A stretch of 63,566 nucleotides of DNA, counting the filler, from Octopus bimaculoides (taxonomy: Eukaryota): the NCBI RefSeq assembly GCF_001194135.2. It is 4 parts of 4 records of this genome, joined end to end, with 100 filler letters (N's around TTAATTAATTAA, not from the genome) between each part and the next. Parts side by side here need not be neighbours in the genome. Positions count along the whole stretch, not along the records: positions 9,884 to 31,130 come from NC_068982.1; 3 more parts are not named here. One strand, given 5' to 3'. Positions 10,499 through 23,900 of this stretch are shown here, one piece after another. The notes beneath the pieces are model-generated. The model searched no databases, was not told the origin of the DNA, and worked only from the letters and a program-made list of their open reading frames with translations. How positions within the stretch are numbered: the first letter of the stretch is position 1; the number at the start of each line of letters is the position of its first letter. A program made the translations under genes and the position numbers.

Positions 10499-10771
10499 GG
10501 TAGACGGAAACTGAAAGAAGCCCGTCGTATATATGTATATATATATGTATGTGTGTGTATATGTTTGTGTGTTTGTGTTTGTCCCCTAGCATCGCTTGAC
10601 AACCGATAGTGGTGTGTTTACGTCCCCGTAACTTAGCGGTTCAGCAAAAGAGATTGATAGAATAAGTACTAGGCTTCCAAAGAATAAGTACTGGGGTTGA
10701 TTTGCTCGACTAAAGGCAGTGCTCCAGCATGGCCGCAGTCAAATGACTGAAACAAGTAAAAGAGTAAAAGA
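10499..10771 (+). mobile_element. SINE family B (bipartite, internal microsatellite), 3' two-thirds, CpG-intact
   Basis: GGAAACTGAAAGAAGCCCGTCG-(TA/TG)n-..GTCCCCGTAACTTAGCGGTTC..CCAGCATGGCCGCAGTCAAATGACTGAAACAAGTAAAAGA. Confidence 0.8.
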
Positions 10772-11210
10772 GTATATATATGTATATACAAGGAAAGGCT
10801 TTGTATATTCATTTATTTATATATACTCATTTATTCAATATACCCAATTGAATAAATGCAACCATAAACGTACCTGAAAATGCATATCAGAAATAGCTGT
10901 AAATCTACAATGCATGAATAAATGTATAGAGCCTGTTATTTATGCCACTTCTTGTATATTGCTCTGTGGAAACACCATATTAACTTGGTAATGCAACAAT
11001 GGATTTACAAAGTTGACTGGTGATGGACTTCAACTCACCTCAGGATTACCTGGAGCTCCATACCATTAAAAAAAAACTTTTATTAGCTCAGTTTATTCAT
11101 ATTAGCAGAGAGCTTAAGAAGTATTTTGCTCAGATTGATAATAACAACTCTTTATTGTGTACATTTATGATGAATGGATGGATAGATTGACAGATAGATC
11201 ACTAGATATA

Positions 11211-11395
11211 TCATCATTTAACATCCATGCTCCATGCTGGCATGGATTGGACAGTTTGAAAAGAATCTGATGAGTCCAAAGAACAGAATCATGCTCCAGT
11301 GTCTACTTTGGCATGATTCTACAGTTGGATGCCCTTCTTAATGCCAACTACTTTACAGCATGTACTGGAGGCCTTTTTCTTTGCCACCAGCACTA
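11211..11395 (-). mobile_element. RTE 3'-tail-derived short repeat
   Basis: Reverse complement of the TTGGCATTAGGAAGGGCATCCAGCTGTA..CCATGCCAGCATGGA..GTTAAATGATGA tail seen at 16060-16266. Confidence 0.7.
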
Positions 11396-12487
11396 TTGCT
11401 TACCTTTAGGAGAGGGAGTAAGAATAAATAAGTGTTATCTCCAAAGAGGTAGACAATGATGATGAGATGTCCAGGTGACACCTAAAGTAGTAGTAGTGTG
11501 TGGTGGTGTAAGAGTGTATGGGAGAAGAAATAGAGGTGGAAGAGGGAGATAGGTAAGCAGTATATATAAAGATTGAGAAAGGTCGAGGGGAGGGGTTACA
11601 TGAGTTTAGAAGGCTAGAGAGCGGTTTGCAACAGGGTAGTAATATATAAAGCTCTGTGATTAAGAAGTTCCCTTCACAAACTTGTGATTTTGAGTACAGT
11701 CCCACTGCATGGTACCATGGGTAAATGTTATAGTCCTGTGTTGTTCAATGCCTTGTGAATGATATTGGTTAGTAGAAATTTAGCATAATCCCATTGTGTG
11801 TGTATGTGTATGTGTGTGTGCATGTGTGTGGTTTGGAAAAAAAGAGTAGAATTAAAATAAACACTGAGGTTTTTTCGACTAACTAAAAAAGACTTTCAAG
11901 GCAATATCTCAGCATGACCATAGTCTTATGACTGACTCAGGTGAAAGCTGTACATATGTGCATATATATATATATATATATANNNNNNNNNNNNNNNNNN
12001 NNNNNNNNNNNNNNNNNNNNNNNNNNNNNNNNNNNNNNNNNNNNNNNNNNNNNNNNNNNNNNNNNNNNNNNNNNNNNNNNNNNNNNNNNNNNNNNNNNNN
12101 NNNNNNNNNNNNNNNNNNNNNNNNNNNNNNNNNNNNNNNNNNNNNNNNNNNNNNNNNNNNNNNNNNNNNNNNNNNNNNNNNNNNNNNNNNNNNNNNNNNN
12201 NNNNNNNNNNNNNNNNNNNNNNNNNNNNNNNNNNNNNNNNNNNNNNNNNNNNNNNNNNNNNNNNNNNNNNNNNNNNNNNNNNNNNNNNNNNNNNNNATAT
12301 ATATGCACACATATATACCAAAAAATATTGTTTATGGTCACTTTAAAGTGGCTGTCTTCTAAGAGATGAGGATACTGCCATTTAACCTCAGGAAGACATC
12401 ATCTCCAGTTGGTTTATTCAGTGCGATTCTCGCACTCAATATTTATTGCAAGCAGGAGATCATACATATATATAGATATAGACACAG

Positions 12488-12820
12488 ACATGACTGTGTG
12501 GCAACAAGCTTGCTTCCTGGCCACATGGTTCCAGGTTCAGTTCCACTGTGTGACATGTAGGGCATATTTTTTTCTACAATAGCTTTGGGCCAACCAAAAT
12601 GGATTTGGTCAACAGAAACTGAAAGAAGCTCATCACATATATGTGTGAGTCTTTCTGTCTGTACTTGCATCCCTGTAACTTAGCGATTCAGCAAGAGACC
12701 AATAGTATAAGTACCCAGCTTAAAAAAGAGCTACTGGGGTCAGTTCATTTGATTAAAAATTCAAGGTGGTGCCCCAGCATGGCCAGTCTAATAACTGAAA
12801 CAAGAAGTAAAAAATGACAA

Positions 12821-12863
<43 letters not shown>

Positions 12864-13021
12864 GGCGCAGGCATGGCTGTGTGGTAAACTTGCTTCCCAA
12901 CCACATAGCTCCAGGTTCAGTCCCACTGTGTAGTGTCTTGGGCAAGTGCCTTCTACTATAACCTCAGGCCAACCAAAGCTTAGTGAGTGGATTTGGTAGG
13001 AGGAAACTGAAAGAAGCCTGT

Positions 13022-13070
<49 letters not shown>

Positions 13071-13310
13071 CTGTTTTTGTGTGTTGTCTCTGCGTCTGTG
13101 TTTGTCTCCACATCACCACTTGACAACCAGTGGTGATGTTTTTACATTCCTGTAATCTAACAGTTCCGCAAAACAGACTGATAGAATAAGTACTAGGCTC
13201 AAAAATAAATGAAAAGTTTTTGGAGTTGATTTGTTCAACTAAAATTCTTCAAGGTGGTGCTCCAGCATGGCCACAGTTAAATGATTGAAACAATTAAAAG
13301 AATAAAAGAT
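12488..13310 (+). mobile_element. Two tandem SINE family B copies (~12488-12815 and ~12862-13310), CpG-decayed
   Basis: Both have GCTTGCTTCC..CCACAT..CAGGTTCAGT.CCACTG heads and AAGGTGGTGC.CCAGCATGGCC tails. Confidence 0.8.
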
Positions 13311-13419
13311 AAGAAAAAGATTTCTATCATTTTAAAATGTGGATTCAGTAGTTCAATTAACTGAATTACCTGTTCTTGAAACAGAGACATGTCGATGCAT
13401 GCTGCCTACAAGAGGTAAA

Positions 13420-16266
13420 GTGGAGAGGAGCTTCTACAGGCTACCTCAAAGACGAGTAGCAATGATCTCATCACTGCAGCTGGAGATTTTAAATTGGCAT
13501 GTCAGACGGCAATCCAGTATCTTCCATGGTGTTCACGGGTCCATGGAATTGGTTCCCGAAATAAAGAGGGAACTAGGCTACTGGCATTCTGTGATGCATG
13601 CAACCTATTAATCTGCAACACTAACTTCAGGAAGCCAGACAGCCACCTGATAACCTATCAATCAGGCGACTCTGCTAGCCAGATTGATTTCATCCTCACC
13701 AGACAGCAGGATGCAAGGTTGCTCTTAAATACAAAGACCCTTCCTAGTGAAGAATGTACCCCCCAGCACAGAGTAGTTATTAGTGACTTTAGACTCGAGG
13801 CCAGAAGGATACCAAGAATCAGACCTATCCAGAAAAGAATGATTTGGAAGCTAAAGAACCCTTCACATGGTCAGAGATTTAGGGACATTCTCATTGAGAA
13901 ATTTGATGAGAGGGAGGAGGAACTACAGACTTCAGACATAGAGGGTAACTGAAAATTCCTATGGAACAGCTTACAATGCCACAGACCAAATTTGCAGCTG
14001 GTGCAATATCCTTTCCAGACTTTGAGTAACATGGTAGTGGAATAACATGGTAGACAAGGCCATTAGAATGACAGGTATACATAGCCAAGGGAAAAACAGA
14101 AAAGAAGAAGTTTGCCAATGTTCAGCAACATGAGGACCAAAGAACTGAAGTATTTCAGATTGCAAGACAGTGTGTGAGAGAAAATTGTGATGTCATAGAA
14201 GAGAAATGTGTCTGCATGGATGATAGTGCACTTGCTTCTAATGATTTTGCAAAGAAAGAGGCTTGGAGAAGCCATTATGAAAGGCTGCTGAATGTGGAGA
14301 ATGAACGGGAGGAGGAGAGCCTTCCAAATGTTGACCCAGTCGAGGATCCAGCTACCCAAATAGATAGCATCCTGGTAGATAAAGCAATTAAGGATATGAA
14401 GTCAAGAAAAGCCCCCAGCCTATCAGGAATCACTGCTGAGATGCTTAAAATATCTGGTGGTGTGGGTTACAGCCTAGTCACCCATATTGTAAATCAAGTA
14501 GTTCATGAACGAGTCATACCCAATGACTGGCGTAGCAGCACCAAAGTCAACTGCTACAAAGGAAAAGGTGATGCTTTAGATAGAAATAACTACAGGGGTA
14601 TCAAACTGCTGGATCAGGTGATGAAGGTCACGGAGAGGGTCATAGCCCAACTAATTAGGGAGAGAGTTAGCCTAAATGAGATGCAATTCAGTTTTGTACC
14701 AGGTAGAAGCACCACTGATGCTATATTCCTGGTACAACAACTGCAGGAGAAATACCTAGCCAAAGATAAACCTTGGCTTTTGTTGACTTTGAGAAAGCCT
14801 TTGACAGGGTACCCTGATGCCTTATCTGGTGGGCGATGCAGAAACTGTGGATTGATAAGTGGTTAATAAGAGTTGTACAGGGATGCCGTTAGTAAATTAA
14901 GGGTTGTCAATGAGTATAGTGAAGACTTCGGGGTAGAAGTAGGGATTCACCAAGGATCAGCCCCTCTTATTCATCATAGTACTCCAGGCAATAACAGGGT
15001 CTCATAGCAGAATCACTACCAGAACTAGAAAAGAAATTTCAGGTGTGGAAGCAAGATTTAGAATCGAAGGGCCTTAGAGTCAATGCTGCAAAAACCAAAG
15101 TCTTAGTAAGTAGGAAGGTGAACACTTTACAAACCCCTCCAGGTAGATGGCCCTGCTCGATCTGTAGAAAAGGTGTAGGAAGAAACTCCATGAGATGTAC
15201 CCAGTGTAAGTTATGGATGCATAAGAGGTGCAGCAACATCAAAGGAAGGTTAACCGAGAAGATAGCTTTTGTGTGCAGCAGATGAATAGGGGCAATAAAC
15301 ACTGCAGATGAGCAGAAAACTGATTCCATCATATGCCAGGGGAAGAAACTAGAAGTAGTTGATAGCTTGCACTACCTAGGTGACTGAGTCTATAGTGGGG
15401 GTGGATGCTCGGAGAGCATTGCCACTAGAATAAAATTAGCCTGGACAAAGTTCAGAAAGCTCCTACCTCTACTGGTGACAAAGGGCCCCTTGTTCAGAGT
15501 GAAAGGTAGATTGTATGATGCATGTGTGTGAACTGCCATGCTACACAGTTTAGGCTTGAAAGAAATGAAGCTAGTATGATCTGCTGGATGTGTAATGTCA
15601 GTGTGCACACACAACAAAGTGTAGGCACCCTGACAGAAGTGTCGGACATAGGAAGCATCAGATATGCTGTGCAAGAGAGACGACTGTGCTGGTATGGCCA
15701 TGTGCTGCATATAGATGAGGAGAGTTCTGTGAAGAAGTATCACTCCCTAACAGTGGAAGGAACCCATGGAAGAGGGAGACCCAGGAAGACATGAGACGAG
15801 GTGGTGAAGCATGACCTTTGAACAGTGGCAATGACGAAAGACCTAGACCTCTGGAGATATGCTGTGATTGAGAAAACCCAGCAAGTAAAGTGAGATCACA
15901 GCCATAGCCTACACCAGTATTGCATAACCAGCTCATTTAAAAAGCACCTTTGAATCGTTGGGTGACACGCTATGCTTGAGGAGACCTATTGAGTCAAATA
16001 AAATCAAAATCAAATCATAATCAAATGGAAATTGTAGTTGTGGCTGATGCCAGTGCCGCCTGACTGGCTCCCATGCTGGTGGCACGTAAAAAGCTCCCAC
16101 TACACTCTTGGAGTGGTTGGCATTAGGAAGGGCATCCAGCTGTAAAAACATTGCCAGATCTGATTGGAGCTTGGTGAAGCCTCCTGGTTTGCCAGTCCCC
16201 ACTCAAACTATCCAACCCATGCCAGCATAGAAAACGGACGTTAAATGATGATGATAATGATGATGC
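13420..16266 (+). mobile_element. RTE-clade LINE, 5'-truncated and degraded (APE endonuclease end, RT, 3' UTR, (ATG)n tail)
   Basis: NKEGTRLLAFCDACNLLICNTNFRK..SQIDFIL (APE); KAPSLSGITAEMLK..NNYRGIKLL..QFSFVPGRSTTDAIF (RT); RRLCWYGHVL..GRGRPRKT; tail ACGTTAAATGATGATG. Multiple stops and frameshifts. Confidence 0.92.
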
Positions 16267-16415
16267 AGTTGAGCATTCCACAAACACGTACCCATAACAT
16301 AATTCTCAGATAGAATAAGTATGACAAGGCAGTACCTACTGAATTACAAGTACAATCCACTGAACAAACTTCTATACAGTTTCTATATCTATATATTATA
16401 CACATTCATACATAC

Positions 16416-19400
16416 TTTTATATCCTGCTGTTGGATAAATAATTTAATGAAGCAGGGAGAAAGAAAGTATTTACACAATACAATTACTGTCACACAAGGT
16501 TAAACGCTCTCTGCTAACAGCTCATGGTGAACTGCTTACTCCTAATTGCTCACCATTCTTTATTTATAGCAATGTATCAGTCCACTTTTAGTCACATGTG
16601 GACGGTTGGAATCCTTCCACAACAGCTCCCCCTTTCAGAATTAGTCTCCCTTAGCTTTTCTATTTTTGAGAATTAAACTCCGCTCAGTGTTTTAATACCT
16701 CTTATGCTTAGGGTTCAATTCCAGGGTTTCCATTCTTTTGTGTCTTCTGCTGCTAGAACGTGTAGTTTCAAATTGTGTGGGTGTTGGTACCTCAAACGTG
16801 TTGTACAATACTTCCTTGGAGATTTCATTTCTTGTGACTGTTTTTTTCCGTGAATCTTTTTTTAAGTTGGTTATTGTTTTTTATGTTCAATACTTTTCCT
16901 TCTACCAGGAATAACATTCTTCCAGTTTATTTAATGATTACAGTCCTCTCAACACTCTTTACCATTTCTATAAGTTTTTAAAAAAACTTTGTCACCTAAC
17001 TTGAAGAAATTTGAAGTATATTTGTTGTTCGGTTTATTTTTGTATTTTCACTTGGTATCAACTTATCAAAAACGGATCTGATTTTTCTAGCAAACATCAA
17101 TTCTGCAGGTGACATTCCAGACAGAGCATTTGGATTAGGTGTTACTTGATATGCTCTTAGAAATTGTTGAAGTGCTAGGTCATCCATTACTTTACTGTTC
17201 GCCTTTTTTAACGCCCTGTTGAAAGTGTCAACAAAATGCTCTGCTTGTCCATTTGATATGACAGAGTGATCACATGTTCAATAACGAACATTTTACAAAA
17301 TTTTCTGAACTTGTCTGAAGTAAATTGAGTTCAGATACAATGGTATAAGGAATACCATATATGGCAAACAATGTGTGTAAAAAACTTGTGTAAAAAATGC
17401 TTTCACTAGTTCTTCAATGTCACAGTCTATTCTTGGCCAATATACATAACTTATCATTAACAATTTCATTCTTGAAATCCCTGGGTGAACAATGTGAAAT
17501 TCCTTTAGTAATCGCTTTTGTAGTGTGGAAAGCACTGCAACTCTTTGTGCATACATCAGCACACCATCACACATTGGGAATGGGTTCACATTTGTGTTGT
17601 GTATATTTTTATCTCTTCAGTATTTCTTTCATTTTTTTAATGAATTTACCATTTTATAATTTTAATTTTGTCTTGTAATGTGACTGGCAGTTCATGTACT
17701 ACATTACACAAAACATTTTTAATTTCATTTTCCACTTGCAATGCAGCAATCATGGTATCTTCAAATGGTTCAGCATTTTCTGAAATCAGTCTTGATCAAC
17801 AATCAGTGTGTTCTAATTTCTTAGATGGTATATACTCCATTTAAAATCATAGTTTAATGATATGGTACTCCAGCATTATAACCTGGTAGCAATATGGGTA
17901 GGGATTCCTTTCTTTGACCCATATACAGATAATAAGGGATGATGATCAGTCTGTAGTCAAAACCTACCGTGTAAAAATCTATGAAATTCTTTTATGACAA
18001 AAATAATCGCTAGAGCCTCTTTTTCGATTTGGCTGTAATTTTTTTCTGCTGATATCAGACAATGTGAGGCATGAACCACAACCTTCATGTTACCATCTTC
18101 ATATTTATGCAGCATTACTGCTCCAATACTGTACTCAGAGGCATCTGAAGTTACTACAGTCTCTGCTGCAGGATCGAAATGTACCAACAAATCAGATGCT
18201 AATATTTTTTTAATTTCGCCAAACACATTCTGACAATTTTCAGACCAATTCCACTTTAACTTTTTTTTAAATAGATTATTTAGTGGAACTCTTACCTTAT
18301 GCATATTTGGAATATAATTTTGGTAATATTTTGTCAGTCCCAAAAAAGCTTGTACGGTTGTTATATTTGTTGGAGGGGGTATATCTTAAATTGCATCTGC
18401 CCTCAAAGGATCTGGTCAACATCCATTTCTGTCAATGATTTGTCCTAAATATTTTTTCTTGGTAAGGAAAATTTACACTTTTCTTCACTCATGTAAAACG
18501 ATAATCCCTAATTTCTTTGAACACGTATTTTATATGCTCTACATATTGGTCCTGGAATTTGCTTTTTATGAGTATATCATCCAGATATGGAATTGCGAAT
18601 TCACAGTCCATTAACATTACATTCATAATCTGTTGAAAAATCGTCGGTGTGACTTTTAAGCAAAATGGTAACCTGTTGTATCTATACAGTCCTTTGTGGG
18701 TGTTAATTGTTAAGTATTTAGGGCATTCATCAAATACTCTAATTTGTAGGTACACATCAGAGAGATCCAATATCTTGCCACTATTTAATTTTGCAAATAT
18801 GTCCTCCGGTGTAGTAGTGGATAGTGGCACATTTTAAACCAGTGGAAAAATCAGCACACACTTTGATTTTATTATTCTTTTTCTTAACATACAGTTGGTG
18901 ATGACCATTGACTATATTCCACTTTTTGAATAACTCCAATTTTTTCTAGTCTCTCTAATGCTGTGAAAGCTACTATTCATTTTGGTTTAAATACCGGTGT
19001 AGCATATTCTTTTATTTGAAACTTTGCATTTGTTTTGGTGCACAGACCTAAGTCAACAGACAGAACCTCAGGAAAAATCTGTTTTGATTTCTTTTTTAAT
19101 TCATCTGGTAACTTATTTGTACTGGCAAAAAAACCATTCACATTTTTACGGAAAAGATTTATGGGGAGGTCCCATAAGTTAAATAATTCCATCCAGTCTG
19201 TTCCAAATAAATTTGTCATATTATTCAACACGAGGTTTTCCATGAAAAGTAACATCACTTATCAATTTGCCCTTAAAAAGTAATTCTTTTCCTGAAACAC
19301 CATGTGTAATTTTCGAAGTTTCATTTAATCCAGGTCTCCCATTTTTTTCCACGTATCTGTGTTAATTATCAAGATATCACTGCCTGTATCCAATTGCTAC

Positions 19401-20596
19401 TTTACGTTTGTGTTATTAATTTTTACATACACAAATCTTCTTTGAGGCTCATATGTATTTCTTGTTAATGGTAACCTGTTTACATGATTTTTTTCTGTTG
19501 AACTGTCTTTTAGCTTTTGTTTTACAGTGTGATTTTTTATGATCTATCTAACCACACTTGAAGCATTTAATACTTTTAAATGGACAGTTACTTTTAAAAC
19601 ATGGATTTGGTCTTGACATTTTTTCTCTTTTTCCATATCCGTTACCGGTCGACATGCATGAATATGAGAATAATCTTTTCCTTCAATTTTATCTATGTCA
19701 TGTTTTAGATTTATAATCCTCTGGCATTCTTCTGCTACTGCCTGTAGCGTTAATTTTTGGTCCTGTTCTAATTTTGTTAATATCTGGGAACATATATCTG
19801 CATCTTTGCATGCAGTTAGCCCTTGAACAAAAATTAGACATTTGAATATGTCCAGGGTTAATTCATTTAATTTGAATTTTTTCATACTCTGTTAACAACC
19901 CCAGCATAGATCACAAAATCTCCATCTTTTTTGACCAAATTTAAACTTTGTCAGCGAATATTGAACAGGGAACTTCTTTCACTGAAAATCTTCAATAAAA
20001 AATTGTTTCATTGAAACAACTCTCACCTGGTTTCTTCAGGAGAGGATAACTTTCTTGAAAGTAGTTGTACCTTTTTCTGGTCCATCCAATTTTCATACCT
20101 TCAATTATATACAGAAAAAGTAACCCCTTCTTCTGGTTTATAGCTGAATTCTTCAAATGAATTTGCTACACTGTCTGATGAGTAAGACCTTGCAGTATTT
20201 TCAGACTTCTTCAACATTAATTCCAGCAACTGTTGGTTTTGTTATTGTTACTGTTATAGTTGTCTTGCAACTGCACCACGGAAGCCAATAAGTCCTCCAT
20301 GTTAAAACAATTTTTTCTTTAGTTTCGTACCAGAAAAAAAATTCTAAACATCCAACGCAAGTTTCAAACAACTCATCGCCACTTTTATATCCTGGTGTTG
20401 GATGAATAATTTAACGAAGAATGGAGAAATAAAGTATTTACATGGTGCAATATGATTATAGTTCTATGAGATAAAGCACTCTCAGCCAACAGCTCACAGT
20501 GAACTGCTTACTCCTAATTGCTCACCATTCTTTATTTATAGTAATGTGTCAGTCCACTTTTAGTCACATGGGGGTGGTCAGAATCCTTCCACAACA
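16416..20596 (-). mobile_element. Complete but degraded Ty3/Gypsy LTR retrotransposon
   Basis: LTRs 16416-16624 and 20383-20596 (~80% identical by eye); 5-bp TSD CATAC (16411-16415, 20597-20601); PBS TGGCGATGAGT (rc 20371-20381); PPT GAAAGGGGGAGC (rc 16625-16636). Coding order: gag, protease LDTGSD, RT (..YLDDILI), RNase H (SDASEY..EKEALAIIF), integrase (HPGISRMK..YWP). Confidence 0.93.
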
Positions 20597-20940
20597 CATA
20601 CACATGTAATTTATGACTGATTTATAAGTAGCTGATCTATGCTACTGATTGAAGATGGAAGCCTTGTATGTCTTCTCTGAGGATTAGTCAACAGATCATG
20701 AAATATTCCATCAGGAGATTTCCCCTCTCTTTTTACCAAACATAAAAAAAAGAATGTATTTACATTCTTATTCAACCCACAATGAGGCTTTATAATATTT
20801 AAATTTATTTCAGTCCTTCAGATTTATGCTGTGCTGTGTGTGTAATAAAGACAGATCAAATATCATTCAAGATAAATTTTTGATTTATTGAAACTATTTT
20901 TCTACTGACAAAAGATAAACAAACAAATTTCTTGTAGCCA

Positions 20941-23900
20941 TATTTGCTAACACATTATATAGAAATAAGATGTTTTCATTATCTGCTTCAAAGTAAAAAC
21001 AGAAGCTAAGTTTTTAATCTTTGTCTAATTTTATTTTATTCAAATGTAATGACATTTAACCCCTCTCTCCCCCATACAGCATTCTGCCCATCTGATTTCT
21101 CAAATGTTTATATGATATTGTGTAACTTAGAATAGTTCTTCTATATTCTATGTTAGCATGTTGATTAGAACAGTACGATTTCTTATTTGCTACTAAGTTT
21201 ATATGGTAATATGTAGCTTGAACAGTTCAATTTATGATGTAGCTTAGGTTGTATTAATAATAACAATAATAAAAGTTTTAAATATTAACATTACGTTAAA
21301 AACAATGCCCATCTTTGCTAACACGTTATGTAGAAATGGGATATTTACATCACCTGTGTTATGGGAGAATCCTGTACACCCCCACGTAACTGAAAGTGAA
21401 TGGATTTGAATAAATAAAGAACTGTATGAACTGAGTGGCAGTTGACAGCATTGATTATCTGTATTGGTTACTGTGTTAGTCAAATATTGTAACTATGTTG
21501 GAGTGGTATGGAGTGCATTCTGTATGAACATAATAATTCTGCGATAGGTTATTCTAGATAACCATATCCACCTACTTATTTGGGTAATACTATTCTTACA
21601 CCTGATATGTACATGCATGTCAGCAATGAGGATATTTGAAACACATGTTGGAACAATTTTTGTTTGAAAATGGAAGGTTTATTAGTTTCAGTAATCTAAT
21701 AACAACAGCGGCAGTTGTTGGAATTTCAGAAGCAACAGCAACTGTTTGTACAACTGATGTAAAAGAAAAAAGAAAATACATCTAGTTCGTTCACCCCTGA
21801 CACTGTCACAAACTCAACCAGAGAGTTCGCATATAACCCAGAAGAGGGTACAACCTTCCCTGCTTACTTTAGAAGGTATGAGGAAATTTTTAGCAAAGAA
21901 CCTGACTTTTGTTGAGAAGGTTGACACCAGCAAGGCATGAGAAATATTGAAATTGCATATTACCAAAGAGACCAGGTGAAGTTTGTTTTGAAGAAACTGG
22001 ATATTCTATCAAAGATTTTCAGCAAAAAAAGTTCTTCATTTAATATGCATTGGCAATGCATGAATATTACAAAAAAGAAAACAAAGATTTTATTACATAC
22101 ACTGGAATTGTTAATAGGGAATGTGAAAAATTTTAAATTCATAAACACCAGATATGCTTAAATGATTAATTTTTGTGCAAGGTTTAACAGCAAAAGATGT
22201 AGAAATTCGTAACCAAATTCTGACTAAATTAGAGCAGAATCCAAGAAATATCTGAGGAATGCCAGAGAATAATAAACCTAAGGAACAATACGGAAGAAAT
22301 TGAAGTGAGAAACTGCTCTCATATATAATCGGTGCAACCGAAAGTAAGTAATGAAAAGTTGAAAATTAACCCAAGTTTTGGATGTGGAGAATTACACTAC
22401 AGATTTGACTGTCCTTATAAAAATCAAAAATGCTTTAAGTGTGATATGATAGGACATAAAAAATCACACTGTAAAACAGAACCTACAAAATGGTTCAACA
22501 AAAAAAGTCACATAAACAGATTGTCAGTGACAAGAAATACAAATGAGACTCAAAGGAAATTTGTGTATGTAAAAATTAATAATACAAATGTATTCACATT
22601 GGGCATCTCAACATCGCCCAGACAAAATCTTCTCGAAACTAAATAGTGGTAAATTGTTTTTAAAAGTTACATCTTTCTGATGCTTAACTTACAAATACAT
22701 GTGGAAGATGAATGTACAAAGTTACTAATAATCAATACCCATAAAGGTATGTACAAATTTAACCAGTTTCCATTTGGCATAAAAGTTGCTCTGGCAACAT
22801 TCCAACAAGTGATGGATGCGATGCTTGCAGAGTGTGACTTTGCAATGGCCTACCTAGATGATATATTAATTAAAAGTGAATCCCATGATCAGTATGTCGA
22901 GCATGTAAAATGTGTTTTTGAAAAAATAAGAGATCATGGTTTCAAGCTGAGTGAGGAGAAATGTGAATTTTTCTTACCTAAAATTAAGTATTTAGGACAA
23001 ATCATTAATAAAAATGGTCATTGACCAGATCCGTTCAAGGCAGATGCAATTAAAAATATGCCCTCTCTGACAAATGTATTTACCTCACAAGCTTTTTTTG
23101 AACTTGCAAACTATTATCAAATTTATATACAAAAGACATACAAGGTAAGAGCTCCACTAAATAATCTACTAAAAACAGATGTAAAGTAGAATTAGTCTGA
23201 AAATTGTCAGAACACGTTTGATGAAATTAAAAAGATATTAACATCAGATTTGTCTTTAACACATTTCAATCTTGCAGCGGAGATTGTAGTAGCTTCAGAT
23301 GCCAGTGAGTATGGTATCAGAGCAGTAATGCTACACAAATATGAAGATGGTAACATGAAAGCCATGATCCATGCCTCATGTTCGCTACCAACTGCAGAAA
23401 AAAATTACAGCCAAATTGAAAAAGAGGCTCTAGCAAATATCTTTATTAAAAAAAAATTTCTTCAATTTTCACACAGTAAAAATTTTCAACTACAGACTGA
23501 TCATTGTCTGTTATTATCTATATAAAGACCAAAGAAAGGAATCCTGACCTATACTGCTAAAAGGTGGTAACGCTAGGGTACTATATTACTAAACTATGAT
23601 TTTAAGATGGAGTTTATACCATCTAAGAAATTAGGACACGCTGATTGTTCATTAAGATTGATACCAAAAAATACTGAACTGTTTGAGGATACCGTGATTG
23701 CTGCATTGCAAGTGGAAAAAGAAATTTAAAATGTTTTATGTAATGTTATACATGAATTACCAGGTACATTACAAGATATGAAAGTAAAAGCAGAAAACGA
23801 ATTTATTAAAAAATGAAAGAAATGCTGGAGATAAGAATGTGTTTTGCTGAATGCAACACAAATTTGATCCTTCTCTCAGTTTGTGACAATGTGTTAATGT

